Shown here one piece after another: positions 8,305-17,483 of a stretch of DNA of 64,000 nt. Made by a program: the position numbers and the translations under genes. Source of the DNA: Rhodobiaceae bacterium (lineage in GTDB: Bacteria > Pseudomonadota > Alphaproteobacteria > Rhizobiales > JANQQB01); the NCBI GenBank assembly GCA_028285165.1, contig JANQQB010000331.1:4942-68941 (forward strand), read 5' to 3'. The notes beneath the pieces were generated by a model. That model saw only the letters and a list, made by a program, of their open reading frames with translations. It had not been told where the DNA came from and searched no databases. Position 1 is the first letter of the stretch. Each line of letters begins with the position of its first letter.

Positions 8305-10956
8305 TCAGAAATTCAGCGAAATATCGCGGTGATGGGCGCCGCAGGCTGCCGCGTAGAGCGACTGCTCGCGCGTCATGTCGGGCTGGCTGCGCAGGCCGAT
8401 CGTGTCGCGGATTGCGACCTGATAGGCCGACAGGTCCTCAGACAGGTCGGCTGCCGCCCGTTCCCGCCAGGCGATGTCCGCCTGATAGGCTTCGACGGCT
8501 GCAGCGAGTTCCTTGTCGGCTTCTTCGGGTTCCGGCGTGCGTTTGCGCAGGGCCCGGCGTGCGCGCGACAAGAGCCGCTTGATATCGCGGGTCCCGGCCA
8601 CGCTGTCGATGAGGCGTTCCTTTTCCTCGATATACTCGACGGCCTGTTCAGGCGTCATCGCCGCAACGTCTTCGCGCACCGTCACGATCCGGTCGTTGAG
8701 GGCCTTCAGGGTCGCCGCATCGGCCAGCATCTTGTTCATCTCGTCAACGGGTTCGTACGCATCGTCGGCGTTGCGGCGATAGGTCAGGCGCGCGGTGCGT
8801 TCCGCCTTGACCAATTCGGAGAACGTGCCGTTTTCCGCTTCCCAGGTTTCGGGGATGGACGCCAGCAGTGCGTCGCGTTCGGCCGTCAGAGCGGTGATGC
8901 GTTCCTCGGCGCGGATTTGTGCCCGGCTGCCGTCTTCTGCGCGGCGGGCCGTGGTTTCCAGATCCTCGATGCGCCCGGCAAGGCGCCGTGCTGCCGCTTC
9001 GAGGTCGCGCACGCGGCGATGCAGCGGCCGATAGGCATCCGCCGCGGCCGCGATCGCCGCCTCGGCGGTCTTGATGTCCGCCATGCGGTCGAAACTGCCC
9101 GCCGCCTTTTCAAAGCTTTCCTCGAGTTCTTCCCTGAGGTCTTCCGGCAGATAGGAGATGTCGAGCGCCTGCGCTCTGCTGATTGCGCTGCGAATTGCCG
9201 TACCGCGCTCGGCAAACTGCTCGTTGACATATTCTTCGAGGCAGTACTGAAGGCGCGGATTAAGCGGCGGCGGCGCGGTTTCCGATGTCAGCGCGACGCG
9301 GTTCGGCAGGTAATTCACCAGCGACGGATAGACCCCAACAATCACCAGCGCCAGCAATTGCAGGCCGATAAAGGCGATGACGCCCTTGTACATCTGGATC
9401 GTCTTGACGACGGCGGGCGCCACGCCGCGTAAATAGAACAGCGCAAATCCGAAGGGTGGTGTCAGGAACGAGGTCTGGATGTTCAGACCGATCATCACAC
9501 CGAGCCAGACGGCGGTGACGTTCGCCGACGGATCAGCAAGCAGGATCGGCGCGACGATGGGCACCACGACCACGGCGATTTCGATGAAGTCGAGGAAGAA
9601 GCCGAGCACGAAGATCACCGCCATGACGATGATGAACTTGCTCCAGAACCCGCCCGGCAGGCCGTTCAGGAAGTCGCGCACCAATTCCTCGCCGCCGAAC
9701 GCGCGAAACGCGGCGGTCAGCATCGCCGCGCCAAGCAGGATGATGAAGACGAGCGAGGTTGTCTTTGCCGTTTCGATCATCACGCCGGTGAGCGTGTCGT
9801 CCGTGCGAAACGCTCGGTACCCGCTCCAGGCGATCGCGGTCACAAGGCCGAGCACGGAGATCACGGCCAGCGTCACCCCGATCTGGTCGGAGGTCGTATT
9901 GATGCTCTTCACATTGGTGTCGAAGAACGACAGGACAAGGCCGATCGAACAGAGCGAGACGAGCGCAAGGATCGCCGGATAGAATGCCCGGGGCCGCCCT
10001 TCGTAGAGCCGGTAGCCGGCCATCACCATGGCGCCGACGGCGCCGATCGCGCCGGCCTGGTTCACGGTCGCAATGCCGCCGATGATCGAGCCGAGCACCA
10101 GGAAGATCAGCGTCAGCGGCGGGATCAGCGTCAACGCCACCTTGCCGGCAAAGCGCTTGTCGTATTTGCCTTCATAGTGCACGGCCGGAGCCAATTTCGG
10201 GCGCAGCAGCGCGATCCCGAGGATGAAGGCGATGTAAAGCCCAACCAGAACGAGGCCGGGCACCATGGCGCCGAGGAACATGTCGCCGGCGCTCGTCGAG
10301 ACGACGCCGAATTCCGACGGCATAGAGACTTCGCCGGTGGTTTCCCGGAACAGGGTCTTGCGCGCCGTATCGGCCTGGTCGACGGCACTTGCCAATTGGT
10401 CGGCCAGGATAATCAGCACGATGGATGGCGGGATGATCTGTCCGAGTGTGCCGGACGCCGCGATCGTGCCGGTGGCGAGCGCCTTTGAATAATTATGCTT
10501 CAGCATGGCCGGCAGCGAGATCAGGCCCATGGCGACGACCGTTGCGCCGACGATGCCGGTGGTCGCGGCCAGGAGGGCGCCCACCACGACGACGGAAATG
10601 CCGAGGCCGCCGGGTACCGGACCGAAGAGCTGCGCCATCGTGACCAGCAGATCCTCTGCGATCTTGGAGCGCTGCAGCATGATGCCCATGAAGATGAACA
10701 GCGGAATCGCGATGAGTGTGTCGCGTTCCGGTTCCCAATAGACGCCACGCAGGTTGGTGACCCCCGCGCTCAGCCATTGGGCCGGGCCGCCATGCGCGAA
10801 ATAGGCGTCGGTGTCGCCGGCAAACAGGTAGCCGAACAGGGCGGCCAGCACGATGGAGATGATCGCCGAGCCGGGCAGGGCGAACGCCACCGGATAGCCG
10901 GAGCCGAGCGCGAAGGCCATCAGGACGATGAGCAGAGCGAGAAAGACGAGTTCCAT
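8305..10956 (-). CDS. TRAP transporter large permease (DctM family) with ~330-aa C-terminal coiled-coil extension
   Basis: The N-terminal ~550 aa are polytopic DctM-like (GIMLQRSKIAEDL, GTLGQIIPPSIVLI, FLTPPFGFALFYLRG). The last ~329 aa (8308-9294) are hydrophilic and rich in Ala/Glu/Arg heptad-like sequence. Confidence 0.85.
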   Translation of the reverse strand: MELVFLALLIVLMAFALGSGYPVAFALPGSAIISIVLAALFGYLFAGDTDAYFAHGGPAQWLSAGVTNLRGVYWEPERDTLIAIPLFIFMGIMLQRSKIAEDLLVTMAQLFGPVPGGLGISVVVVGALLAATTGIVGATVVAMGLISLPAMLKHNYSKALATGTIAASGTLGQIIPPSIVLIILADQLASAVDQADTARKTLFRETTGEVSMPSEFGVVSTSAGDMFLGAMVPGLVLVGLYIAFILGIALLRPKLAPAVHYEGKYDKRFAGKVALTLIPPLTLIFLVLGSIIGGIATVNQAGAIGAVGAMVMAGYRLYEGRPRAFYPAILALVSLCSIGLVLSFFDTNVKSINTTSDQIGVTLAVISVLGLVTAIAWSGYRAFRTDDTLTGVMIETAKTTSLVFIILLGAAMLTAAFRAFGGEELVRDFLNGLPGGFWSKFIIVMAVIFVLGFFLDFIEIAVVVVPIVAPILLADPSANVTAVWLGVMIGLNIQTSFLTPPFGFALFYLRGVAPAVVKTIQMYKGVIAFIGLQLLALVIVGVYPSLVNYLPNRVALTSETAPPPLNPRLQYCLEEYVNEQFAERGTAIRSAISRAQALDISYLPEDLREELEESFEKAAGSFDRMADIKTAEAAIAAAADAYRPLHRRVRDLEAAARRLAGRIEDLETTARRAEDGSRAQIRAEERITALTAERDALLASIPETWEAENGTFSELVKAERTARLTYRRNADDAYEPVDEMNKMLADAATLKALNDRIVTVREDVAAMTPEQAVEYIEEKERLIDSVAGTRDIKRLLSRARRALRKRTPEPEEADKELAAAVEAYQADIAWRERAAADLSEDLSAYQVAIRDTIGLRSQPDMTREQSLYAAACGAHHRDISLNF

Positions 10957-10977
10957 TTCAGCCGCGCCTTGAGTTGC

Positions 10978-12024
10978 TTAGTGGGTGGGGACGCCGTCGG
11001 TGGGCACCTTGCCCCCCGGATCGCCCCGCGCATCGGCGGCGGCATCGAACATCTGGCTGACGAATTGGACCATCATGGAGACCGCGAACACGCCCAGGAA
11101 CCCGGCCATGAAGTATTTGACATACATGCCGAAGCCGGCCTGCGTGACCTCAAAGACCAGAAGCGGGCTGATGATGACGCTGGATTTGGTCCACATCCCG
11201 AAAATCAGGATGGTCCAGCATAGGGACATGCCCAGCAATACCGCCCCCCAGGCGTTGACCAGCCCCTTGGTGCGGCGTTTGAAACCCGAATAGAACACGT
11301 CCACCCGGACATGCCCATCCTCCAGGAGCGTGAAGGCACTCGCGAACAGGAACAGCGCCCCGTACCAGAAGCGCACAAGGTCGGCCATGAAGGCCTGTTC
11401 GTAGGAAAACACAAAGCGGGTAAAGACGATCAGGAGTTCGGCGACCACCACAAGCAGCGTCAGCCAGATCACCCCGAGCGAACGGGTGAGGGCACCGATG
11501 ATGATCCCGAGCACGATCACCGGCGTGTGCACATAAAGCCCGCGATAGGCCGACCGCCCCAGATCGCGTGTCATCTGTTCGCCGACAATGGCCTCCAGCA
11601 AGCCTTCCACTCTGAGGAACGACAGCGCGGCGTCGGTCAGCCCGACCAGGAACACGACCCAGAAAGCGGCGCGGATCAGGAAGCGGTTTGCATCGGAAAC
11701 CCGTTTGGCGTCCGTACGCAGGGCGGTGTCACGGGTGCGCAGGACATAAAAGGCCGCAAGGGCGGCAAGCGCGACATAGATGCCGGCCTGGATCGTCATC
11801 AGGACGGTCGATCCGTCGCCATTGGCACCTGCGCCGATGCCCGTCAGCGCGCCGGCACCGGGCCAGTCGCCCCAGAATGTCAGGATTGCATCGATCAGGA
11901 AGGCGGTCATCACTGCCAGGATGAGCCAGCCCGACAGGCGGACGGCAATGGCCGGTGTCGCCGGGCCGTCTCCCTCATGAACAGCGTCTCGGGAAACGGC
12001 TACGTCCCGGCTCGCATCTGCCAT
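10978..12024 (-). CDS. TRAP transporter small permease (DctQ family), long form
   Basis: Located between the dctP-like and dctM-like genes. It has multiple hydrophobic helices, the DctQ-like core lies in the C-terminal two thirds, and there is an extra N-terminal ~100 aa. Confidence 0.7.
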   Translation of the reverse strand: MADASRDVAVSRDAVHEGDGPATPAIAVRLSGWLILAVMTAFLIDAILTFWGDWPGAGALTGIGAGANGDGSTVLMTIQAGIYVALAALAAFYVLRTRDTALRTDAKRVSDANRFLIRAAFWVVFLVGLTDAALSFLRVEGLLEAIVGEQMTRDLGRSAYRGLYVHTPVIVLGIIIGALTRSLGVIWLTLLVVVAELLIVFTRFVFSYEQAFMADLVRFWYGALFLFASAFTLLEDGHVRVDVFYSGFKRRTKGLVNAWGAVLLGMSLCWTILIFGMWTKSSVIISPLLVFEVTQAGFGMYVKYFMAGFLGVFAVSMMVQFVSQMFDAAADARGDPGGKVPTDGVPTH

Positions 12025-12088
12025 ACACTCGTTCCCCCGGAGAAATGCTCGTTGCGAGTCATTATTGAGAAGGTGGTCAGATTATGAA

Positions 12089-12110
12089 GAACGAGGCCGA
12101 AGCCTCGCTC
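12089..12110 (-). terminator. Stem-loop after the TRAP substrate-binding gene (UUCG loop on the minus strand)
   Basis: On the minus strand GAGCGAGGC-TTCG-GCCTCGTTC, about 30 nt after the dctP-like stop and before the dctQ-like gene. Confidence 0.4.
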
Positions 12111-12140
12111 TGATTTTTCACCCTTTTTAGCCGTCGGCGA

Positions 12141-13232
12141 CTAAATGTCCAGCACGGCATTGCGCCGCACACTGAAGCCGACTTCGGCGAGTTTCGTCCA
12201 GCCGCCGATTTCGGCCCGGTTGGCCATGAAGTCGTCCTGGATCTTTGCCGCGAGCCGGCTGTGTTCGCGGGTTTCGGCGAAGACTTCCGCCGAGGCTTCC
12301 CCAAAGCTCTCGTAGATCTCTTCGGAAAACGACCGCAATTCGACGCCGTGCTCGTTGATAAGCCTGGAAAGGTAGAGCCCGTTATTGGCCGTGTTTTCTT
12401 CATAGGCGGCGGCATGCTCTTCGTAGCAGCAGACCTTGATCAGTTCCTGATGGCGTTTGCTGAGGCCGTTCCACCAGGAGGCATTCATGCCGAACGACAG
12501 TCCGCCGCCGGGCTCGTGCATGCCGGGATAGTAATAATACTTGGCTGCTTCATGGAATTTCATGAAATAGTCGTTGTACGGACCGACCCATTCGGTGGCG
12601 TCGACGGCACCTGAAACCAGGTTTTCGTAGATCTGACCGCCCGGCAGGGAAACCGGCGAAGCGCCAAGCTTGGCCATGACATCGCCGCCAAGGCCCGGGA
12701 TCCGCATTTTCAGACCTTTCAGGTCGTCGGCGGATTCAATGTCCTTGTTGAACCAGCCGCCCATCTGCGTACCGGTCGATCCGCAGGGCAGGGCCTTCAA
12801 TCCGAATTCCGACGACAATTCATCCCACAGGACCTGGCCGTTCTTGAACTTGATCCAGGCGTTCCACTCGATCGTCGTCATGCCGAACGGCACGGCGGTG
12901 AAGAACGCGAAGCCGGGATGTTTGCCCTTCCAGTAATAGTCGGCGGCGATATAGGCCTGGGCGTTGCCGGAGGCGACTTCGTCGAAGGAATCGAACGCAC
13001 CGACCCGTTCGCCGGCGGCAAAATACTGGACGGCGATCTCCCCATCGCTCAATTCGCCGATCCGGCCGGCGAGCCGCTGCGCGCTGATGCCGAGGCCGGG
13101 AAAGTCGCGCGGCCAGGTGGACACGATCACGAGATCGACCTTGGTCTGGGCGATGGCCGGTGTCGCAAGCGAGGTCGCGGCGGCCCCTCCCGCCGCCAGC
13201 GCTGCCCCTTGAAGGAATTTACGGCGTTGCAT
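12141..13232 (-). CDS. TRAP transporter substrate-binding protein (DctP family, COG4663-like), Tat signal
   Basis: MQRRKFLQGAALAAGGAAATSLATPAIAQ is a twin-arginine signal. The start was set at the ATG at 13232 within track ORF 12141..13298. It is the first gene of the dctP-Q-M order. Confidence 0.85.
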   Translation of the reverse strand: MQRRKFLQGAALAAGGAAATSLATPAIAQTKVDLVIVSTWPRDFPGLGISAQRLAGRIGELSDGEIAVQYFAAGERVGAFDSFDEVASGNAQAYIAADYYWKGKHPGFAFFTAVPFGMTTIEWNAWIKFKNGQVLWDELSSEFGLKALPCGSTGTQMGGWFNKDIESADDLKGLKMRIPGLGGDVMAKLGASPVSLPGGQIYENLVSGAVDATEWVGPYNDYFMKFHEAAKYYYYPGMHEPGGGLSFGMNASWWNGLSKRHQELIKVCCYEEHAAAYEENTANNGLYLSRLINEHGVELRSFSEEIYESFGEASAEVFAETREHSRLAAKIQDDFMANRAEIGGWTKLAEVGFSVRRNAVLDI

Positions 13233-13509
13233 GGTGTTTCCTCTGTTTGTTGTCGTTGAGGCCGGTTTTCTGCGCGGTCTGCGCACGCGCACCGGCAACC
13301 CGACTACCTTACACCAAAGGCAGCGGTTTTTCAGGCTTTCGGCGTCTCCGGACGGGCGTCATTCGCTTGCGGGTTTCAGCGACGACGGCGCTAATCGGGG
13401 GCCCTTCTTGGCTTGCGGTCCGGCGGTCGCGCGCTCGCCGGAAAGGAGGAGGCGCGGGGTGCGCCTTTCGAGGCTATGCCTACCGTGACCGCCTCAGGGG
13501 GCCGAACAC

Positions 13510-14235
13510 CTAGCGGCCGTTCGCCTTGCGCCACGCATCGAAGTCTTTGAGACTTTGGTCGTCCGTTGCCGGATAAAGCCCGAAAATGGACCGGCCCTTC
13601 CGCACTTCTTCGGTGACGAAGTCCTCGTACGCGGTCATCTCCACCGCTTCGGCCGCGACCTCTTCCGCCAGATGGGACGGCACCACGATGACGCCCTCGT
13701 CATCGCCAAGAATGAGATCGCCGGGGAAAACCGGCGCATCGCCGCAGCCGATCGGCACATTGATGTCGATCGCCTGATGCCGCGTCAGGTTTGTCGGCGA
13801 TGAGGGGCGGTTGTGATAGGCGGGAATGTCGAGCCCGGCGATCTCCGGCGCGTCGCGAAAACCGCCATCGGTGACGATACCGGCGGCGCCGCGAACCATG
13901 AGGCGCGCCACCAAGATGCTCCCGGCCGAGGCTGCGCGCGGATCTTTGCGGCTGTCGATCACCAGCACATGACCTTCCGGACACTGCTCGACGGCCGCGC
14001 GTTGCGGGTGTGTCCGATCGCGAAACACGTCCAGCCCGTTCAAATCTTCCCGGGCCGGCATGTAGCGCAGCGTGAACGCAAGTCCGACCATGCTTCGCCC
14101 GCGCGTCGCCAACGGCCGGACATCCTGAATGCACTGATTGCGCAACCCGCGCTTGAAGAGCGCTGTCGAGACAGTCGCCACCGAGACGTTGGAAAGCTCC
14201 GTCCGCAAGCGCGCCAGGGTGTCCTTGTTGATCAT
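13510..14235 (-). CDS. RraA family protein (HMG/CHA aldolase / oxaloacetate decarboxylase-like)
   Basis: GSILVARLMVRGAAGIVTDGGFRD and GDLILGDDEGVIVVP are typical of the RraA/dimethylmenaquinone methyltransferase-like family. Confidence 0.8.
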   Translation of the reverse strand: MINKDTLARLRTELSNVSVATVSTALFKRGLRNQCIQDVRPLATRGRSMVGLAFTLRYMPAREDLNGLDVFRDRTHPQRAAVEQCPEGHVLVIDSRKDPRAASAGSILVARLMVRGAAGIVTDGGFRDAPEIAGLDIPAYHNRPSSPTNLTRHQAIDINVPIGCGDAPVFPGDLILGDDEGVIVVPSHLAEEVAAEAVEMTAYEDFVTEEVRKGRSIFGLYPATDDQSLKDFDAWRKANGR

Positions 14236-14468
14236 TGCCGTTGTGCCTTATCTTTGGTTGGTCGTTGCGAGTTGACGGTGTTTCTCTGCAAGTCGCTTCC
14301 GATGTCGGGGCGGTGTTGCGGCTCGCGACACCACAAGCATCGCGGCGCCTGCCGGCTGTGTGTCATCGGGTGAAAATTTGTAAAGTATTTGTTAAGTTGT
14401 CAAAAATGAGCTGTCAAGAACGCGCGTTCAGGCCCAGACGCACAAAGGCAAACGATTGGAGTTAGGCA

Positions 14469-15191
14469 ATGGCGGTGAGTGACGACACCGAAGACAGGGG
14501 CACTTTCAAGGGCGCGCTCAACGATCGCGTCTACGATTACATTGTGAGCCAGATCGTTGTCGGCGCGTTCGCCCTCAATGCGCGGCTGCCGACCGAAATG
14601 CAACTGGCCGAGAAGCTGTCGGTTTCAAGACCCGTCGTGCGGCAGGCGTTGGGTCGCTTGAAGGATGACGGGCTCGTCGTGTCGAGACAGGGCGCCGGAA
14701 CTTTTGTCGTGCGGCGTCCGGCGCATCAGGTTTTCAGTTTTGCCGATGTCGGCAGCATCGCCGACATTCAAAAGTGCTTTGTGTTTCGCATGGCTGTCGA
14801 GAGCGAAGCGGCTGCGCTTGCGGCAACCGAACACGACGCTGCATCTCTGCAACATCTCGAACAGGCGCTCGGCGACCTTGAGCGCGTTCTGAAAGGCGGC
14901 ACAGGCGGGATCGATGAGGATATTGCCTTCCATCAGGCCGTTGCCGCGGCGGCCGACAATCGGTTTTTTCTGTCTACCATGGCCGCGGTCGCCAGCCAGA
15001 TCCGTGTCGGCATCAGCTTGAACCGCAGCCTGACGCTGCAACAGCCGGCATCGCGGCGCAGTGCCGTCTTGACGGAGCATCGGGCGATCTACGAAGCGAT
15101 CGCATCGCGTGATACCGCAGGCGCAAGAAGCGCCATGCACCAGCATCTGGAAAATGCGCGGCTCAGGATCTTTGAGGGAGGTGAGTTTTAG
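14469..15191 (+). CDS. GntR family transcriptional regulator (FadR subfamily)
   Basis: N-terminal winged HTH (LPTEMQLAEKLSVSRPVVRQALGRLKDDGLVVSRQGAGTFV) and a helical FCD-type C-terminal domain. Confidence 0.85.
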   Translation: MAVSDDTEDRGTFKGALNDRVYDYIVSQIVVGAFALNARLPTEMQLAEKLSVSRPVVRQALGRLKDDGLVVSRQGAGTFVVRRPAHQVFSFADVGSIADIQKCFVFRMAVESEAAALAATEHDAASLQHLEQALGDLERVLKGGTGGIDEDIAFHQAVAAAADNRFFLSTMAAVASQIRVGISLNRSLTLQQPASRRSAVLTEHRAIYEAIASRDTAGARSAMHQHLENARLRIFEGGEF

Positions 15192-15246
15192 AGGTCTTTT
15201 GCCAAACCACCCAAAGCCGTCCTCTCGGATAGCGGCGCCAATCGCC

Positions 15247-15960
15247 CTAATGGCTTTCGCCCTTGAAGACCCGGTTTTTCGAGCGGGTGATATGATGGCG
15301 CATGGCGCGACGCGCCTTCGTGCTGTCGCCGGCGACGATCGAATCCAGAATTGCGCGATGCTCGGACATGAGTGTGCGACGCCGTATTCCCAAGGGCGTG
15401 GCCGTCAATTTGCGGGAGATGTCGATTGCCATGTGGACCCGAGAGTTGATCGATTCAAAGGCGTTCAGGAAGAAAGCATTCTGGGTCGCACTGGCAATTG
15501 CCAGATGAAACCTGAAGTCGTCGCTGATACCGCCGTGTTTGTTGTCCTTAAGCGCATTCGAGAAGCCGTCGAATGCTGACCGCATGGCGTCGATGTCGCT
15601 TTCGGTGCGGTTGAGGGCAGCAAAGAAGGCACATTCACCTTCCAAAGCGATCCGGAAATCGTAGCAATCTGCGATTTCGGCCATGCTGGCAATGTCGTCC
15701 GACATCCGCACCGGTGCGCCCGCCCGGCGCAAGACATAGCTGCCGGATCCTTTTCGCGATTCAACGATGCCCTGGGCACGCAGGCGAGCCAGGACTTCGC
15801 GAATGATTGGCCTCGACGCGCCGTGGTCTTCACACAGGGCCGCCTCTGAGGGAAGACGGGTTCCGATTGCATAATCGCCCTCCACCACCCGGGTCAGGAT
15901 GGCGTCATAAACCGCGTCAGTCAGCGTTTCGCGCTTTGGCATTGCCGATAATCCAGTCAT
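15247..15960 (-). CDS. GntR family transcriptional regulator (FadR subfamily)
   Basis: LPSEAALCEDHGASRPIIREVLARLRAQGIVESRKGSGSYV HTH plus an FCD-like C-terminal domain. Confidence 0.85.
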   Translation of the reverse strand: MTGLSAMPKRETLTDAVYDAILTRVVEGDYAIGTRLPSEAALCEDHGASRPIIREVLARLRAQGIVESRKGSGSYVLRRAGAPVRMSDDIASMAEIADCYDFRIALEGECAFFAALNRTESDIDAMRSAFDGFSNALKDNKHGGISDDFRFHLAIASATQNAFFLNAFESINSRVHMAIDISRKLTATPLGIRRRTLMSEHRAILDSIVAGDSTKARRAMRHHITRSKNRVFKGESH

Positions 15961-15985
15961 GTCTTTGCAAGACCCTACACGTAAA

Positions 15986-15998
15986 TCTGTATGACAGA
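15986..15998. promoter_or_regulatory. GntR-type palindrome (candidate operator) in the divergent AT-rich intergenic region
   Basis: TCTGT-ATG-ACAGA is a perfect palindrome containing the GT-N-AC core usual for GntR operators. Related TTGTCAGA and TTGACAGA copies lie at about 16009 and 16119. Confidence 0.35.
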
Positions 15999-16389
15999 AA
16001 TAGAAAATTTGTCAGAAATTAGATCTCAAAAAATCAAATAACTAATTGAATAAATGAGAGGAAAATATAGACGCGGTAAAATATGTCTTTTCCAAAGAGA
16101 AAAAATACGCGTTTTTGATTGACAGATTGAGAGGCCGTGCCTAGCGTCCGTTGCCGAGCCGCGTCAGACAAAGCCGGTTCACCGAACGTGCGATTTTGCA
16201 CCGGTAAATTGTGGGTGTCGGTCCGGTGACATGGGCCGGAAGACCTCTCCTTGTCGGCGACCGCACCAAGCCGGTGGCGCGTTTCAAATTGGCATCTGAT
16301 TGAAAGGGCGTGGTCCCCCGACAGAAGCGAGCCAGGGGCCCAAAATCCAAAAAGTCGCAGACGAAAAACGGACGTTAAGGGAGGAACCG

Positions 16390-17343
16390 ATGTCCAGCCT
16401 GAAAGGAAAGATCAAAGCCGGATTCCTGGCGACGACGATGGCAGCGGTCATGGCAATGCCTGCGCATGCCGAACAATTTGTTCTCGCATCGGGGTCGCAG
16501 GGAGGGTCGTGGTATCCGCTTGCCGGTGCCATTAAAGCCATTGCCGAGCGCATGGATTCCGATCTGTCGATTACGGTCATGCCGGGCGCAGGCGTCGCCA
16601 ATGTGGTTGGCGTGTCAGCCGGCAAGTTCCCGATCGCCTTCGCGAACACGATTTCCACCGTCGATGCGCTGGCCGGCAAGCCGCCCTTCCGCGGCAAGGT
16701 CGAGAACGTCTGCAATTTGGGAACGCTCTATCCGCAATGGTTTCAGATCGTTGCCCGCGACGATGCCGAAGTGACATCGATTGCAGACTTCAAGGGAAAA
16801 CGGCTGACGACGCAGCAGAACGGCAATACCGGCGAGTTTCTGACCCGCAGCCTGCTCGACGCGGTCGGGCTCAGTTACGACGACCTGGCGAATGTCTCGC
16901 ATGTTTCCTATTCGGATTCCGTCAATCAGATGAAGGACGGTCATGCCGACATCTTCACGCTCGGAACCGCATTGCCCGCCGGCGCAGTCATGGATGTCGC
17001 GACCAGCCGCGATATCGAAATGGTTTCGATCACTGACGAGATTTTCGCCCACTTCAAGTCTCAGAACGCGGCCTTCATTCGTCGGAAAATTCCAGCTGAC
17101 AGCTACCCGAATCTGAGTGGCGAGGCGTACGCCATCACCTACGGTACGCACATGATCGCGGCCTGCGACTACAGCGGTGACGTCGTGAAGACGATTTTGA
17201 CCGCGGTCGCTGACAACCTGGAATCGTTGTCCGCGGTGAACAAGAGCATGGCGACGCTCTCGCTTGCCGACATGTCCGCGGATATCGGCGTGCCGCTTCA
17301 TCCCGCTGCCGCCGAATTCTACAAGGAACGCGGCGTGAACTGA
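16390..17343 (+). CDS. TAXI family TRAP transporter solute-binding subunit
   Basis: Signal peptide MSSLKGKIKAGFLATTMAAVMAMPAHA, GSQGGSWYPLAGAI is characteristic of TAXI receptors, and a GGGAGG RBS precedes the ATG at 16390. Confidence 0.85.
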   Translation: MSSLKGKIKAGFLATTMAAVMAMPAHAEQFVLASGSQGGSWYPLAGAIKAIAERMDSDLSITVMPGAGVANVVGVSAGKFPIAFANTISTVDALAGKPPFRGKVENVCNLGTLYPQWFQIVARDDAEVTSIADFKGKRLTTQQNGNTGEFLTRSLLDAVGLSYDDLANVSHVSYSDSVNQMKDGHADIFTLGTALPAGAVMDVATSRDIEMVSITDEIFAHFKSQNAAFIRRKIPADSYPNLSGEAYAITYGTHMIAACDYSGDVVKTILTAVADNLESLSAVNKSMATLSLADMSADIGVPLHPAAAEFYKERGVN

Positions 17344-17362
17344 TCACGGCATTTGCAACAAT

Positions 17363-17392
17363 CCGGCCTTCCGCCCCGCATCGGAAGGCCGG
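17363..17392 (+). terminator. Stem-loop after the TAXI substrate-binding gene
   Basis: CCGGCCTTCC-N10-GGAAGGCCGG forms a 10-bp perfect stem, 20 nt after the stop and before the permease gene. Confidence 0.5.
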
Positions 17393-17483
17393 GCCTGCGC
17401 TGACCGCGTTCTGCTGTCCGCTTCTTATGTGATGGGCCCGTGGGTTGGCCGGCTCCGGCCGGCAAGCGCCCGGAGAGGCAAAT

